A model generated the notes under the pieces. That model was not told where the DNA came from. It did no database searches and saw nothing but the letters and a program-made list of their open reading frames with translations. The position numbers were made by a program, and so were the translations under genes. Shown in pieces: positions 37,870 to 45,482 of a stretch of DNA of 64,000 nucleotides. The first letter of the stretch is position 1; every line of letters begins with the position of its first letter. This DNA is from a virus (taxonomy: Duplodnaviria; Caudoviricetes), in IMG/VR virus record IMGVR_UViG_3300034104_001590, positions 129 to 64,128 of that record, one strand, 5' to 3'.

Positions 37870-39933
37870 TTAATCCATAATTTTAAGGATCTTCCCTGTA
37901 TTCTTATCTACTCTAGCCAACTTCATTCTATAATTCGTTTCCTTCGATTGAACATATCGCATAACTACTTGCTTCTCTCCTTCATTACCTCTTATATTCT
38001 CTGGTTCATATCTAGCGTGAGCCTGTGCGTTGATATACGCAAAAGTTATAGCGAATATAGCATCATCATAGTCATATCTGGTATCTGCTGCCTGGTATCT
38101 TGTCTGCCTATGGCTAGTAGAACTCTTCAGATCTTTCTCTACAAAGGTTTTTAGCTGTTCCCATATCCAAGGAACATCAATATTATTTGCATAAGAGTCA
38201 ATCATCTCTTCCGCTTTAGCAATAATACGTGGAGCAGTGTTAGCTTTGTTAGAAATTCCAAACCATTTACCTCCATACGTCTGAAAATACTCTGGCAATT
38301 GGGTATTTGCAGTGAATTTCATCTTAAATCCATGTATCTCCTGGAAATCTACGTGCATATCACCGATATTATTCTCTACAAGCTCCTTAACCCCTCCTCT
38401 TCTCTGCTGATCGTAATATAAACTCTGTAATAACACCTGTAAATAGGTGTATTTAAACTTTTTATCCCTATGGAATACTACTGAAGATACAGAATTTGTA
38501 AGCGCATCCCATATTGCACTACACATCATAGAGTGTCCAGTCTCAGAGTTGATGGGATCGGTTCCTTGATACCACCTATTCTTCCAAACTTCGTTATCTG
38601 GTGGATGATGTATGACAACAGCCGTAGTAGAAATGTCTTCCCTTCCCGTTGTGGGAACCCATCTAGCTCCAATTATACGATATTCCGTTATTAAATCAGG
38701 AGTTGGTTGTGAATGATCCATTATAGGTTCAAAATATCCATACTCAATAGGAACATCTTTACTGTATATGTCGTTTAATCGTTGGTTACAGGTATGTATC
38801 GGCACAAGAGTTCTTGCTTTCCGTAGGAACATATCATCAATTGTGATTGGATAATGTTGGTGAAACTGCACTTTAGCAATTTCTCCTTTTTTGGTTCCCT
38901 CAAGTGCCAAATAGGCTTTACGCTCGTTGTTGATGTGCTCATCATTAACTCCTCTTCGTGCGTATGCGTTGAAAAATAACGGTATGATTCCATATTCATA
39001 GTTCTTTTCTTTCCATTGTGATAGACACATTTTAAATTCTGCCTCAAATACAGATCCTCCCTTATCCATTTCCCCTCCAGTTCCCCAAGCGATAAACTGC
39101 TGTTGCATCGTCATCTTCTTAGTTTCTGGGTTATACTTAAATAAAGCAGGTCTACCTTCCCTCATCATCTCGCCAAATATGTCAAATAGACCAATCTCAT
39201 CGATAAATACTGCTGATGGAGATCCACCATTGATAGCATCTACCTGTGGGCTATCTACCTGGAAGCGCGAAGCACCCCCATCATCTCTACCTTTTTTATC
39301 TCCTTTCTTATCAAAGGACATTACTTGATCTGTCCAGTTCTTTACTTCTTGAGCTAGGTAATCTGGAATCTTTGTATATGTCCACTTTACCTTATCTCTA
39401 AAGATTTCTATCCCCTTATCTTTTGAGTGAGTAACGAATTTAATGAAGTATGATTTGTTGAGGTTTACTCGCTTCATTCCTGCAAGACACATTGTCGTAG
39501 TAAAACCAATCTGTCGGGCCTTACCTATCATCATAGAATATCCGCAATCAAACAAATATAACAGAACTCTTTGAGCTTCCCAGGCTTGATACCTAAGCAT
39601 ACCGTGATCTGCCTTATCTTCCTTTATCCATCCGTATTTATTACAGAAGTAAAGTGTGTTATCGTTGCATCTGGTAATTTCACGAGATAGGAAATCATAC
39701 TGATCCTCTTCATTGTCGAAGTCAGTAATGAGTGTATCATCTTCTAGCCATTGTCTGGCTTGTTCGCAATAAAGCTCAAAGCTCCTGTATTTAATCTTGT
39801 TCTGCCAACCAGAGTTTATAGAGTCAATCCAATCTACAAATTCCTTTGGATAATCAAACTCAGCGTGATTAGGCTTCCATTGAGATGTCTTTACGAGCTT
39901 TGTAACTCTATCGTCTTTTTCTTTAAGACGCAT
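37870..39933 (-). CDS. terL: Terminase large subunit
   Basis: KARQIGFTT (Walker A variant), AVFIDEIG (Walker B), GTDP and DDAIFA nuclease motifs. Confidence 0.9.
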   Translation of the reverse strand: MRLKEKDDRVTKLVKTSQWKPNHAEFDYPKEFVDWIDSINSGWQNKIKYRSFELYCEQARQWLEDDTLITDFDNEEDQYDFLSREITRCNDNTLYFCNKYGWIKEDKADHGMLRYQAWEAQRVLLYLFDCGYSMMIGKARQIGFTTTMCLAGMKRVNLNKSYFIKFVTHSKDKGIEIFRDKVKWTYTKIPDYLAQEVKNWTDQVMSFDKKGDKKGRDDGGASRFQVDSPQVDAINGGSPSAVFIDEIGLFDIFGEMMREGRPALFKYNPETKKMTMQQQFIAWGTGGEMDKGGSVFEAEFKMCLSQWKEKNYEYGIIPLFFNAYARRGVNDEHINNERKAYLALEGTKKGEIAKVQFHQHYPITIDDMFLRKARTLVPIHTCNQRLNDIYSKDVPIEYGYFEPIMDHSQPTPDLITEYRIIGARWVPTTGREDISTTAVVIHHPPDNEVWKNRWYQGTDPINSETGHSMMCSAIWDALTNSVSSVVFHRDKKFKYTYLQVLLQSLYYDQQRRGGVKELVENNIGDMHVDFQEIHGFKMKFTANTQLPEYFQTYGGKWFGISNKANTAPRIIAKAEEMIDSYANNIDVPWIWEQLKTFVEKDLKSSTSHRQTRYQAADTRYDYDDAIFAITFAYINAQAHARYEPENIRGNEGEKQVVMRYVQSKETNYRMKLARVDKNTGKILKIMD

Positions 39934-39943
39934 AAGTCAGACC

Positions 39944-40075
39944 TTAATACTTTTTCATTGATTTAGTCTGCTTAACTTTCAATGATTTTCCTTTTGGCAT
40001 TTTTTCCATTTTCTTTTCTGCCATCATCATTTCTTTTTTCTTCATGGCCGCAGCCAACTTTTCTTTTAGATTCAT
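39944..40075 (-). CDS. Small Lys/Met-rich protein (43 aa)
   Basis: MNLKEKLAAAMKKKEMMMAEKK...; ATGA coupling to the upstream ORF. Confidence 0.55.
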   Translation of the reverse strand: MNLKEKLAAAMKKKEMMMAEKKMEKMPKGKSLKVKQTKSMKKY

Positions 40076-40239
40076 GATTTCTTCTTTTTAAATTTAGACA
40101 TAAACTTTTCTTTGGCTTCCATCTTTTTAGATTCGCCTTTCTCGTGTTTCATTTTATCTTTCTTAGAAGAGTATTTCTCTTCTGCTTCCGAGCCACCATA
40201 TTCCATGATAGCTTTTTTAAGTGCCATTCCTCTTTTCAT
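40072..40239 (-). CDS. Small Lys-rich protein (55 aa)
   Basis: MKRGMALKKAIMEYGGSEAEEKYSSKKDKMKHEKGESKK...; coupled on both sides. Confidence 0.6.
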   Translation of the reverse strand: MKRGMALKKAIMEYGGSEAEEKYSSKKDKMKHEKGESKKMEAKEKFMSKFKKKKS

Positions 40240-40415
40240 TAGTCGCAGTATTTTTTATCTTTAGTATTCTTATACATCAACTTAAAAGGAACCTTAGAAG
40301 TTGGTGCTTCATCTTTAAGGTCAGCAGCAGCAGGTGGTCGACCTTCTACCCTTCCCTTGTCTACATAGCTTCCATTCTTTTTAGGATTAGAAGCGTAATA
40401 CTTATCAGTTTTCAT
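40239..40415 (-). CDS. Small basic protein (58 aa)
   Basis: MKTDKYYASNPKKNGSYVDKGRVEGRPP...; promoter element at 40428-40435. Confidence 0.6.
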   Translation of the reverse strand: MKTDKYYASNPKKNGSYVDKGRVEGRPPAAADLKDEAPTSKVPFKLMYKNTKDKKYCD

Positions 40416-40464
40416 AATCTTTTTTTACAAATATAAGTAATTTTAATTACCAATTATTATAAAC

Positions 40465-40522
40465 ACAAAACCCTGGGCTTTCAACTCCAGGGCCTTATGC
40501 ATAAACCTTTAAATATGAACGA
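40465..40522 (-). ncRNA. Candidate sRNA unit 3 (~55 nt)
   Basis: TATATTTG at 40525-40532; CCCTGG/CCAGGG terminator plus T4; no ORF. Confidence 0.55.
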
Positions 40523-40534
40523 TACAAATATAAT

Positions 40535-40779
40535 AAAAAACCCTAACAGTCTGCGGTAGCTAATCGCACTTATTAGGGGTTGTTACTAGTTATATGGTTG
40601 TTTATGAAGGCAACGTCTTGCACCCATAAAGCAAGTCCACTTTCCCAGTAACCAAAAAGTCCAGTGTAGTGAGCAGATCTTACGGTATGCTGTCTGGAAC
40701 TTGGCCTATGTCTATCTCAACACAGGGGGGAATAAGTTATTCTGAGCGCGCAGTTCTAATGAGATGCGGAATAACAATA
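40535..40779 (-). ncRNA. Candidate structured ncRNA unit 2 (~245 nt)
   Basis: TATATTTG at 40782-40789; at least five stem-loops; terminal CCCTAATA/TGTTAGGG stem plus T6; GC-richer than flanks. Confidence 0.6.
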
Positions 40780-40791
40780 AGCAAATATAAT

Positions 40792-40875
40792 AAAAAAAGG
40801 TAGCTATTAACTACCTTCCGACCAGGGTTACCCCAATCCATTTGTTTGAATCAAACGATTCTTTGTTAGTGAGAA
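40792..40875 (-). ncRNA. Candidate sRNA unit 1 (~85 nt)
   Basis: TATATTTG at 40878-40885; two hairpins, then AAGGTAG/CTACCTT terminator plus T-run. Confidence 0.55.
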
Positions 40876-40886
40876 TACAAATATAA

Positions 40887-41438
40887 TTAAATTTCTATAT
40901 TATCATAATATTCTTCCAAATCTATATTCCTCCTAGGCATTCGATCAAATTCCTTTACGCAATAGAACATCTTTTTTATCGTGCCCTTATAGAAGTATAT
41001 AGGGTTAATCATATAAGTCCTCCTATTCTTATCCATAGTAAACCGAATGACATCGTGCGCACACAGCTCAGATACACTCTTCATTACATAACGCATACTC
41101 ATATCCGTCAACTGCTGAATATCCCTTAAGCTATAATTCTTTAAAGCATTCCCATAGTTCATTTGTTTAACAAAGAACCGAAGCATTTTATTTGTCGCTG
41201 GCTTTAGCTTATCCATAATATCCAGAGACTCAGAGAAGGCCACCATATACCTCATCTTCTTTCTTCTAAATAAGTTTTCTATCAGGACATCTACTTCTGA
41301 ATTATACGCCTCGGCCAACTGATTGAACTGCCCTTTCTCATCTTTGTAGTATAAGTCAAAGTGTTTAATCTTCTTGGCTAATACCCTATCAGCTTCTAGT
41401 AACAGTAAATCAAATACAATGTTATTCTTCTCCTTCAT
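40887..41438 (-). CDS. RepL-like winged-helix DNA-binding protein
   Basis: HTH-like SLRDIQQLTDMSMRYVMKSVSEL followed by YMINPIYFYKG. Confidence 0.6.
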   Translation of the reverse strand: MKEKNNIVFDLLLLEADRVLAKKIKHFDLYYKDEKGQFNQLAEAYNSEVDVLIENLFRRKKMRYMVAFSESLDIMDKLKPATNKMLRFFVKQMNYGNALKNYSLRDIQQLTDMSMRYVMKSVSELCAHDVIRFTMDKNRRTYMINPIYFYKGTIKKMFYCVKEFDRMPRRNIDLEEYYDNIEI

Positions 41439-41631
41439 TATTTTCTTTTAATGTGTCATTGTAAATCAATCCTAATTCGTGTTGACAATCACATAAGTAA
41501 TATGCGTGAGATTCGCTCATAACAATTAATCCGTTTTTAAATACATCAACGCATATTCCACATTCACAAATATTGTTTTCGCGATAAATCTTTTTACCTA
41601 CCCTATCAATAAACCATTGTAAATCTTTCAT
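41422..41631 (-). CDS. Hypothetical protein (CECGIC motif)
   Basis: Coupled ORF in a small operon. Confidence 0.5.
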   Translation of the reverse strand: MKDLQWFIDRVGKKIYRENNICECGICVDVFKNGLIVMSESHAYYLCDCQHELGLIYNDTLKENNEGEE

Positions 41632-41840
41632 TCTTCTGATTTTAAATTTATAAATCCTTCGAAGTCTAATAAAGGAAGGTTATTCCTATCACAATGGACA
41701 CAGAACTCAGCATACTCCTGGGCCTGTTTAATCTCCATTTTTTGAGCACTCTCAATATCATTCAATAGCAGAACTCCACATTGATTAATGTGTTTCTCGA
41801 CTAGCCAATCAATAGCTGTTTGATTATTTTTTTCTTTCAT
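41628..41840 (-). CDS. Hypothetical protein
   Basis: QTAIDWL...AQKME pattern common in Bacteroidota phages. Confidence 0.55.
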   Translation of the reverse strand: MKEKNNQTAIDWLVEKHINQCGVLLLNDIESAQKMEIKQAQEYAEFCVHCDRNNLPLLDFEGFINLKSEE

Positions 41841-42126
41841 CGATAATCTTCTCTACGTTTAACTTTATTTTTTTTAAATTAGAGAGATTCATCTTATGCC
41901 TGCTGTGCTCATAGAAGATCATACCATTCAACGCCCTGCTAAACTCTACCACATTCATACTCCCCTTCAACTTATTACAATCCCCGCAACATGGTACCTT
42001 ATTAGCATTACTCAATACCCCACCACGACTCTTAGGATACAAATGATCCACAGTCCTACTATAATCATCTAACTGCGTCTTACAATACGCACAGACAGAT
42101 AAATCAACCCCTCCCTTACTAATCAT
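41824..42126 (-). CDS. HNH endonuclease (Zn-binding)
   Basis: CAYC...TVDHLYPKSRGG...NKVPCCGDCNKLKG; promoter element at 42133-42140 favours the ATG at 42126. Confidence 0.85.
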   Translation of the reverse strand: MISKGGVDLSVCAYCKTQLDDYSRTVDHLYPKSRGGVLSNANKVPCCGDCNKLKGSMNVVEFSRALNGMIFYEHSRHKMNLSNLKKIKLNVEKIIDERKK

Positions 42127-42158
42127 ATCCAACAAAGATAATAAATAATCCTAATACT

Positions 42159-42351
42159 TTGTTACCACCTCTATGCGTAAACAACTTGTTACCACCTATA
42201 ACCAACTAAAATCCCTATCCCCATTGACTTCTAACAAAATCCTCTATATACTGTTTATCCCTAAAGATATAAGCAAGAAAATCAATGATTAGTTTATAAT
42301 ACTAAGTTATGTCGGTTATGTAATAAACGATATTACTTATTATGCGTAAAC
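42159..42351. repeat. Short direct repeats TTGTTACCACCT (42159, 42186) and TATGCGTAAAC (42172, 42341)
   Basis: Exact repeats in the long intergenic region. Confidence 0.7.
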
Positions 42352-42919
42352 GTAGCTCACCATCCCATAGTACTATTACCCCTCCCATATCCTAATTCCC
42401 CTACACCAGATATAAGTATTTCATCTATTATCCCTCCTGGTTTTTTAATTATCCACTGGTCGTATCAAAAATAAATCTGTATTCTTCAAGGACTTATACG
42501 TAGTAACCTATCCCCTCCCTATTCTCAAAGGAAAGTCAATCTCAACAATCACTTGCATTGACTTAACTTAACTATCTTTGTTTCAGTTAGTTACATTCAC
42601 TTTGTTAGTGCTTGGATCCCCTTTATTTTTGCTCTTATTTATTGCTAACTTATTAATTTTCAGTGCGTTATATATTCTTGATGATATGCTGAGAATAATA
42701 ATTGCACACTTTTATTCATTAATTATGAACATACCCACCTAAAATATGGTTTAATCTTGCATAAAAATATGGTAACAATACGTCATTTAATATCTACTAT
42801 TTCACTGCAAAAGTCACGTTTTTTGTGCTGAAATCAATAATTTTTAGTGTTATTTAAATCATTGATTATCAGTTAGTTAGCTAATTTATATCTAATTATT
42901 TTTAATTATTTTTAAATTT

Positions 42920-42953
42920 TTTGTTATCAATTCAAAATTTATATATATGTTTG
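42920..42953 (+). promoter_or_regulatory. Putative main early promoter (TTTG...TATGTTTG)
   Basis: -33 TTTG at 42920-42923 and -7 element at 42946-42953 with AT-rich upstream DNA. Confidence 0.65.
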
Positions 42954-42955
42954 TA

Positions 42956-43420
42956 TCGTCATCATTGGTTAACGAACTACTAAAATGAATGACACACACG
43001 AAAAGACTAGTTAACATATATTCTTGTTAATCTCGAAGTTTACTAGTTGTTTAGGTTAATCCTAATTAGTTCCTATCTTATAGGCGTGTGAAGTTCTTTG
43101 TTTATTGATAAGATAGCGTGTAAAAAATTAAATTTTAACGGGTAGACGCTGCACCTAGTCCATGCAAGTTAACACTAGTAGAACGTTGTGAAACGTGGCT
43201 ATAAACTAACATAGGGATATGTTATGGTCTATTGCTTTGAAAGAAAGTATGCATCTAATCGCGTATATGTATGGGGGTAAACTATGTTTACTCAGAACGC
43301 TATTAATATAAATTAATAAACGAAGATAGGTTAACACCTTGAAATAGAATAGAAAAAAAATTCGCCTTGTTTACTATGAGTAATTAACTTCGAGCGAAAC
43401 GAAGCGAGGCACTAACCAAT
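42956..43420 (+). ncRNA. Candidate long structured leader/ncRNA with boxA-like site and tRNA-like 3' element
   Basis: No ORF of 60 aa or more; more than ten hand-paired stems; GTTCTTTG at 43093-43100. Confidence 0.55.
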
Positions 43421-43434
43421 TAATAAACACAAAA

Positions 43435-43815
43435 ATGAAAAACAAAACAATGGGTGCATCTACACAAGTAAAGAAAGTTGTTAGAGTAACGGCAACAAAG
43501 AAAGCTATTCAAGTGACTAGCAAAAAAGAAAAAGTAACCTACTTATCTGAAGGGGTAACGGGCAAACAAATGATGACTGCTATTTATGACGCAAATAATC
43601 GCCATAAAAAAGACTTAGGGTCATTGAGTCAATGTTTGAAGAGAGCTATTGAATTCGGCAAAGATGATTTTACCAAAACAATAAAAGGTTTTAATGTAAA
43701 AGACTGCACCCCGAAAAACTTAGTGCCGTTGCGAAGTGCAAAGAATGCTTCTAAAGAAACGTTTAGCGTTTACGAAGTGTTAATGTTAATCAAGAAATAC
43801 TACCAAACAAAATAA
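43435..43815 (+). CDS. First early gene, basic hypothetical protein
   Basis: 126 aa, A-rich leader, followed by a terminator. Confidence 0.7.
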   Translation: MKNKTMGASTQVKKVVRVTATKKAIQVTSKKEKVTYLSEGVTGKQMMTAIYDANNRHKKDLGSLSQCLKRAIEFGKDDFTKTIKGFNVKDCTPKNLVPLRSAKNASKETFSVYEVLMLIKKYYQTK

Positions 43816-43835
43816 TTAATTACTAACTTTTATCA

Positions 43836-43864
43836 AGCCTGTAGGGATTCCTATGGGCTTTTTT
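43836..43864 (+). terminator. Intrinsic terminator
   Basis: AAGCCTGTAGG/CCTATGGGCTT stem plus T-run. Confidence 0.7.
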
Positions 43865-43885
43865 GTTTTACCTAAATTAATAAAA

Positions 43886-44131
43886 ATGAAAGCAAAATTT
43901 CACAAAAACTTTAGCTTGTCTGGATTTCAAGCTAACAAAACTTATATCATTAAACAATCGGGCAAAATAGAATTTAACAAGTTCGTGCCTTTGAGTTTAC
44001 TAACTAAACTATTCGATGACATCGAACAAATATTATATTCAAACGATACGATAACTATCGAGGGGGAAAATGACGAGCTATTCGTGGGTTCATACGTGAA
44101 TATAGGAACGACAAAAAAACTAGGAGCGTAA
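43886..44131 (+). CDS. Hypothetical early protein (start revised to 43886)
   Basis: The upstream ATG lies inside the terminator; TAAAAATG context at 43886. Confidence 0.55.
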   Translation: MKAKFHKNFSLSGFQANKTYIIKQSGKIEFNKFVPLSLLTKLFDDIEQILYSNDTITIEGENDELFVGSYVNIGTTKKLGA

Positions 44132-44298
44132 TGGATAGGAGCGTATTTTGTGTAGTGGTTAACGCGAGAGGAACGGAACACGTATGCGAAGTGTATGCGT
44201 GTTCTATCTTCCACGCAATCGAAATACTATACAATGAGAAAAATTACAGGGATATTCAGCCCGATCGAACAAAGTATAAACAATTTAAAAGAAAATAA
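44131..44298 (+). CDS. Hypothetical early protein (55 aa)
   Basis: TAATG coupling; MDRSVFCVVVNARG... Confidence 0.5.
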   Translation: MDRSVFCVVVNARGTEHVCEVYACSIFHAIEILYNEKNYRDIQPDRTKYKQFKRK

Positions 44299-44379
44299 AA
44301 TGGGAACTTTTGTATACCTACTAGTGCTCTATTCAGTAGTAGCAACATTGAAAATTATTTACCTAAAAAAATAAGAGAG

Positions 44380-44706
44380 ATGAAATACGTAAGAATGAAA
44401 ATCGAAAATGAATTTATGAGTAACGCTAATTATGAGGCATGGATTCATTATTCAGATAACGGAAAAGCGCAAAAGATATTTGCTAGAATAAATGGTATAG
44501 ATGAGAATGGATACTTTCAAGACCTATTAGGTAGAAATCAAGAGAGTATTATTCAAAAAGAATTTGAAACGATTACGGAAGCTTTTGATTGGCTAGAAGA
44601 TAAATGTAAAGAATTAGTTATCGAAGAGCTTACACACGTATCACGTAGAGGTAAATGGGCACAAGAAAAAATAGACTGCATAAATGATATGGGATTTCAA
44701 TTATAA
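44380..44706 (+). CDS. Hypothetical early protein
   Basis: Intact ORF in a dense co-oriented array. Confidence 0.6.
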   Translation: MKYVRMKIENEFMSNANYEAWIHYSDNGKAQKIFARINGIDENGYFQDLLGRNQESIIQKEFETITEAFDWLEDKCKELVIEELTHVSRRGKWAQEKIDCINDMGFQL

Positions 44707-44712
44707 AATAAA

Positions 44713-44895
44713 ATGGATATAGTTCACGTCAAAGTTACATTTGAAGATACATTCTCAGGTGCAACAACTACTAAGGTAGTAACACGAAGCAAAGAAACAT
44801 TTGAAAAGATGAAGAAAGGAATCGGATCCATAGTATCTGTATTCGAAAACAATATTCATTGGGATTGGAAAGTAATTAAAGTTGAACAAGCATAA
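44713..44895 (+). CDS. Hypothetical early protein
   Basis: Intact ORF, A-rich leader. Confidence 0.55.
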   Translation: MDIVHVKVTFEDTFSGATTTKVVTRSKETFEKMKKGIGSIVSVFENNIHWDWKVIKVEQA

Positions 44896-44905
44896 ATAAA
44901 GTAAG

Positions 44906-45262
44906 ATGGAAATAGATATAACACCACTAAAAATGTTTAGGTGGAAAGCAAATGACTTCGGAAACAATGATGATTACTGCTCTTATTATGCAAGGGATTG
45001 CATATATTGCATAGATAAGGGAGCTTCATCTTCAATAACCGAACAGCAATTAACGGAAAGATTTATTCAAGAAAGTATGCGTGTACTTAAGTGGAAAGAA
45101 GAATCCAACGGTGAAAAATTAACTTGGAAATTAATTAAACATAAAGATGGAGAGTACTCAATTGAATATTGTTGTGTTGACTACATAGATGATTGGGAGC
45201 GAAACGCTTCAACTTTAACAACACTAGAGTTTACAAATGAAAATGTTTTTCACATAATATAA
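44906..45262 (+). CDS. Hypothetical early protein
   Basis: Intact ORF. Confidence 0.55.
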   Translation: MEIDITPLKMFRWKANDFGNNDDYCSYYARDCIYCIDKGASSSITEQQLTERFIQESMRVLKWKEESNGEKLTWKLIKHKDGEYSIEYCCVDYIDDWERNASTLTTLEFTNENVFHII

Positions 45263-45272
45263 AAAAAGCAAG

Positions 45273-45476
45273 ATGACATTTATAATCTATTTAATAGTAA
45301 CGGCAACAATTGTTTTTGTTCCGTACTACATAGGGAAATTAGCTAACAAAGTATTTCCATTAACAAACGATTGGTATGGGCACTGGTATATAGGCTTAAT
45401 GTATTGTTTTATGGTATCGGGCGTAGTAACATTTATAATCATAACATCTAACGGAGTAATCAACTTAATTAAATAA
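45273..45476 (+). CDS. Small membrane protein (two hydrophobic segments)
   Basis: Two ~20-aa hydrophobic stretches. Confidence 0.55.
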   Translation: MTFIIYLIVTATIVFVPYYIGKLANKVFPLTNDWYGHWYIGLMYCFMVSGVVTFIIITSNGVINLIK

Positions 45477-45482
45477 AGTAAT

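Noticed and set aside
37870-39933. Intron or intein in terminase (also checked in DnaB and portal)
   Set aside because: ORFs are uninterrupted, of ordinary length, with no splicing motifs noticed.
40221-40436. 71-aa plus-strand ORF
   Set aside because: Three coupled minus-strand ORFs with a promoter explain this region better.
40730-40740. GAATAAGTTAT shared with 50636-50646 as a target of ncRNA unit 2
   Set aside because: An 11-nt AT-rich match, largely paired in both predicted structures; plausible by chance.
40861-40871. sRNA unit 1 complementarity to 42600-42610 and to the boxA-like site
   Set aside because: Only 9-11 nt of AT-rich sequence; not enough to call a target.
40428-40885. 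CRISPR or mini-CRISPR array
   Set aside because: Only the short promoter element recurs and spacing is irregular; the Cas4-like gene is a stand-alone exonuclease.
43364-43418. Canonical tRNA gene
   Set aside because: Too short, lacks a full cloverleaf and a TTCG T-loop; kept only as a tRNA-like element.
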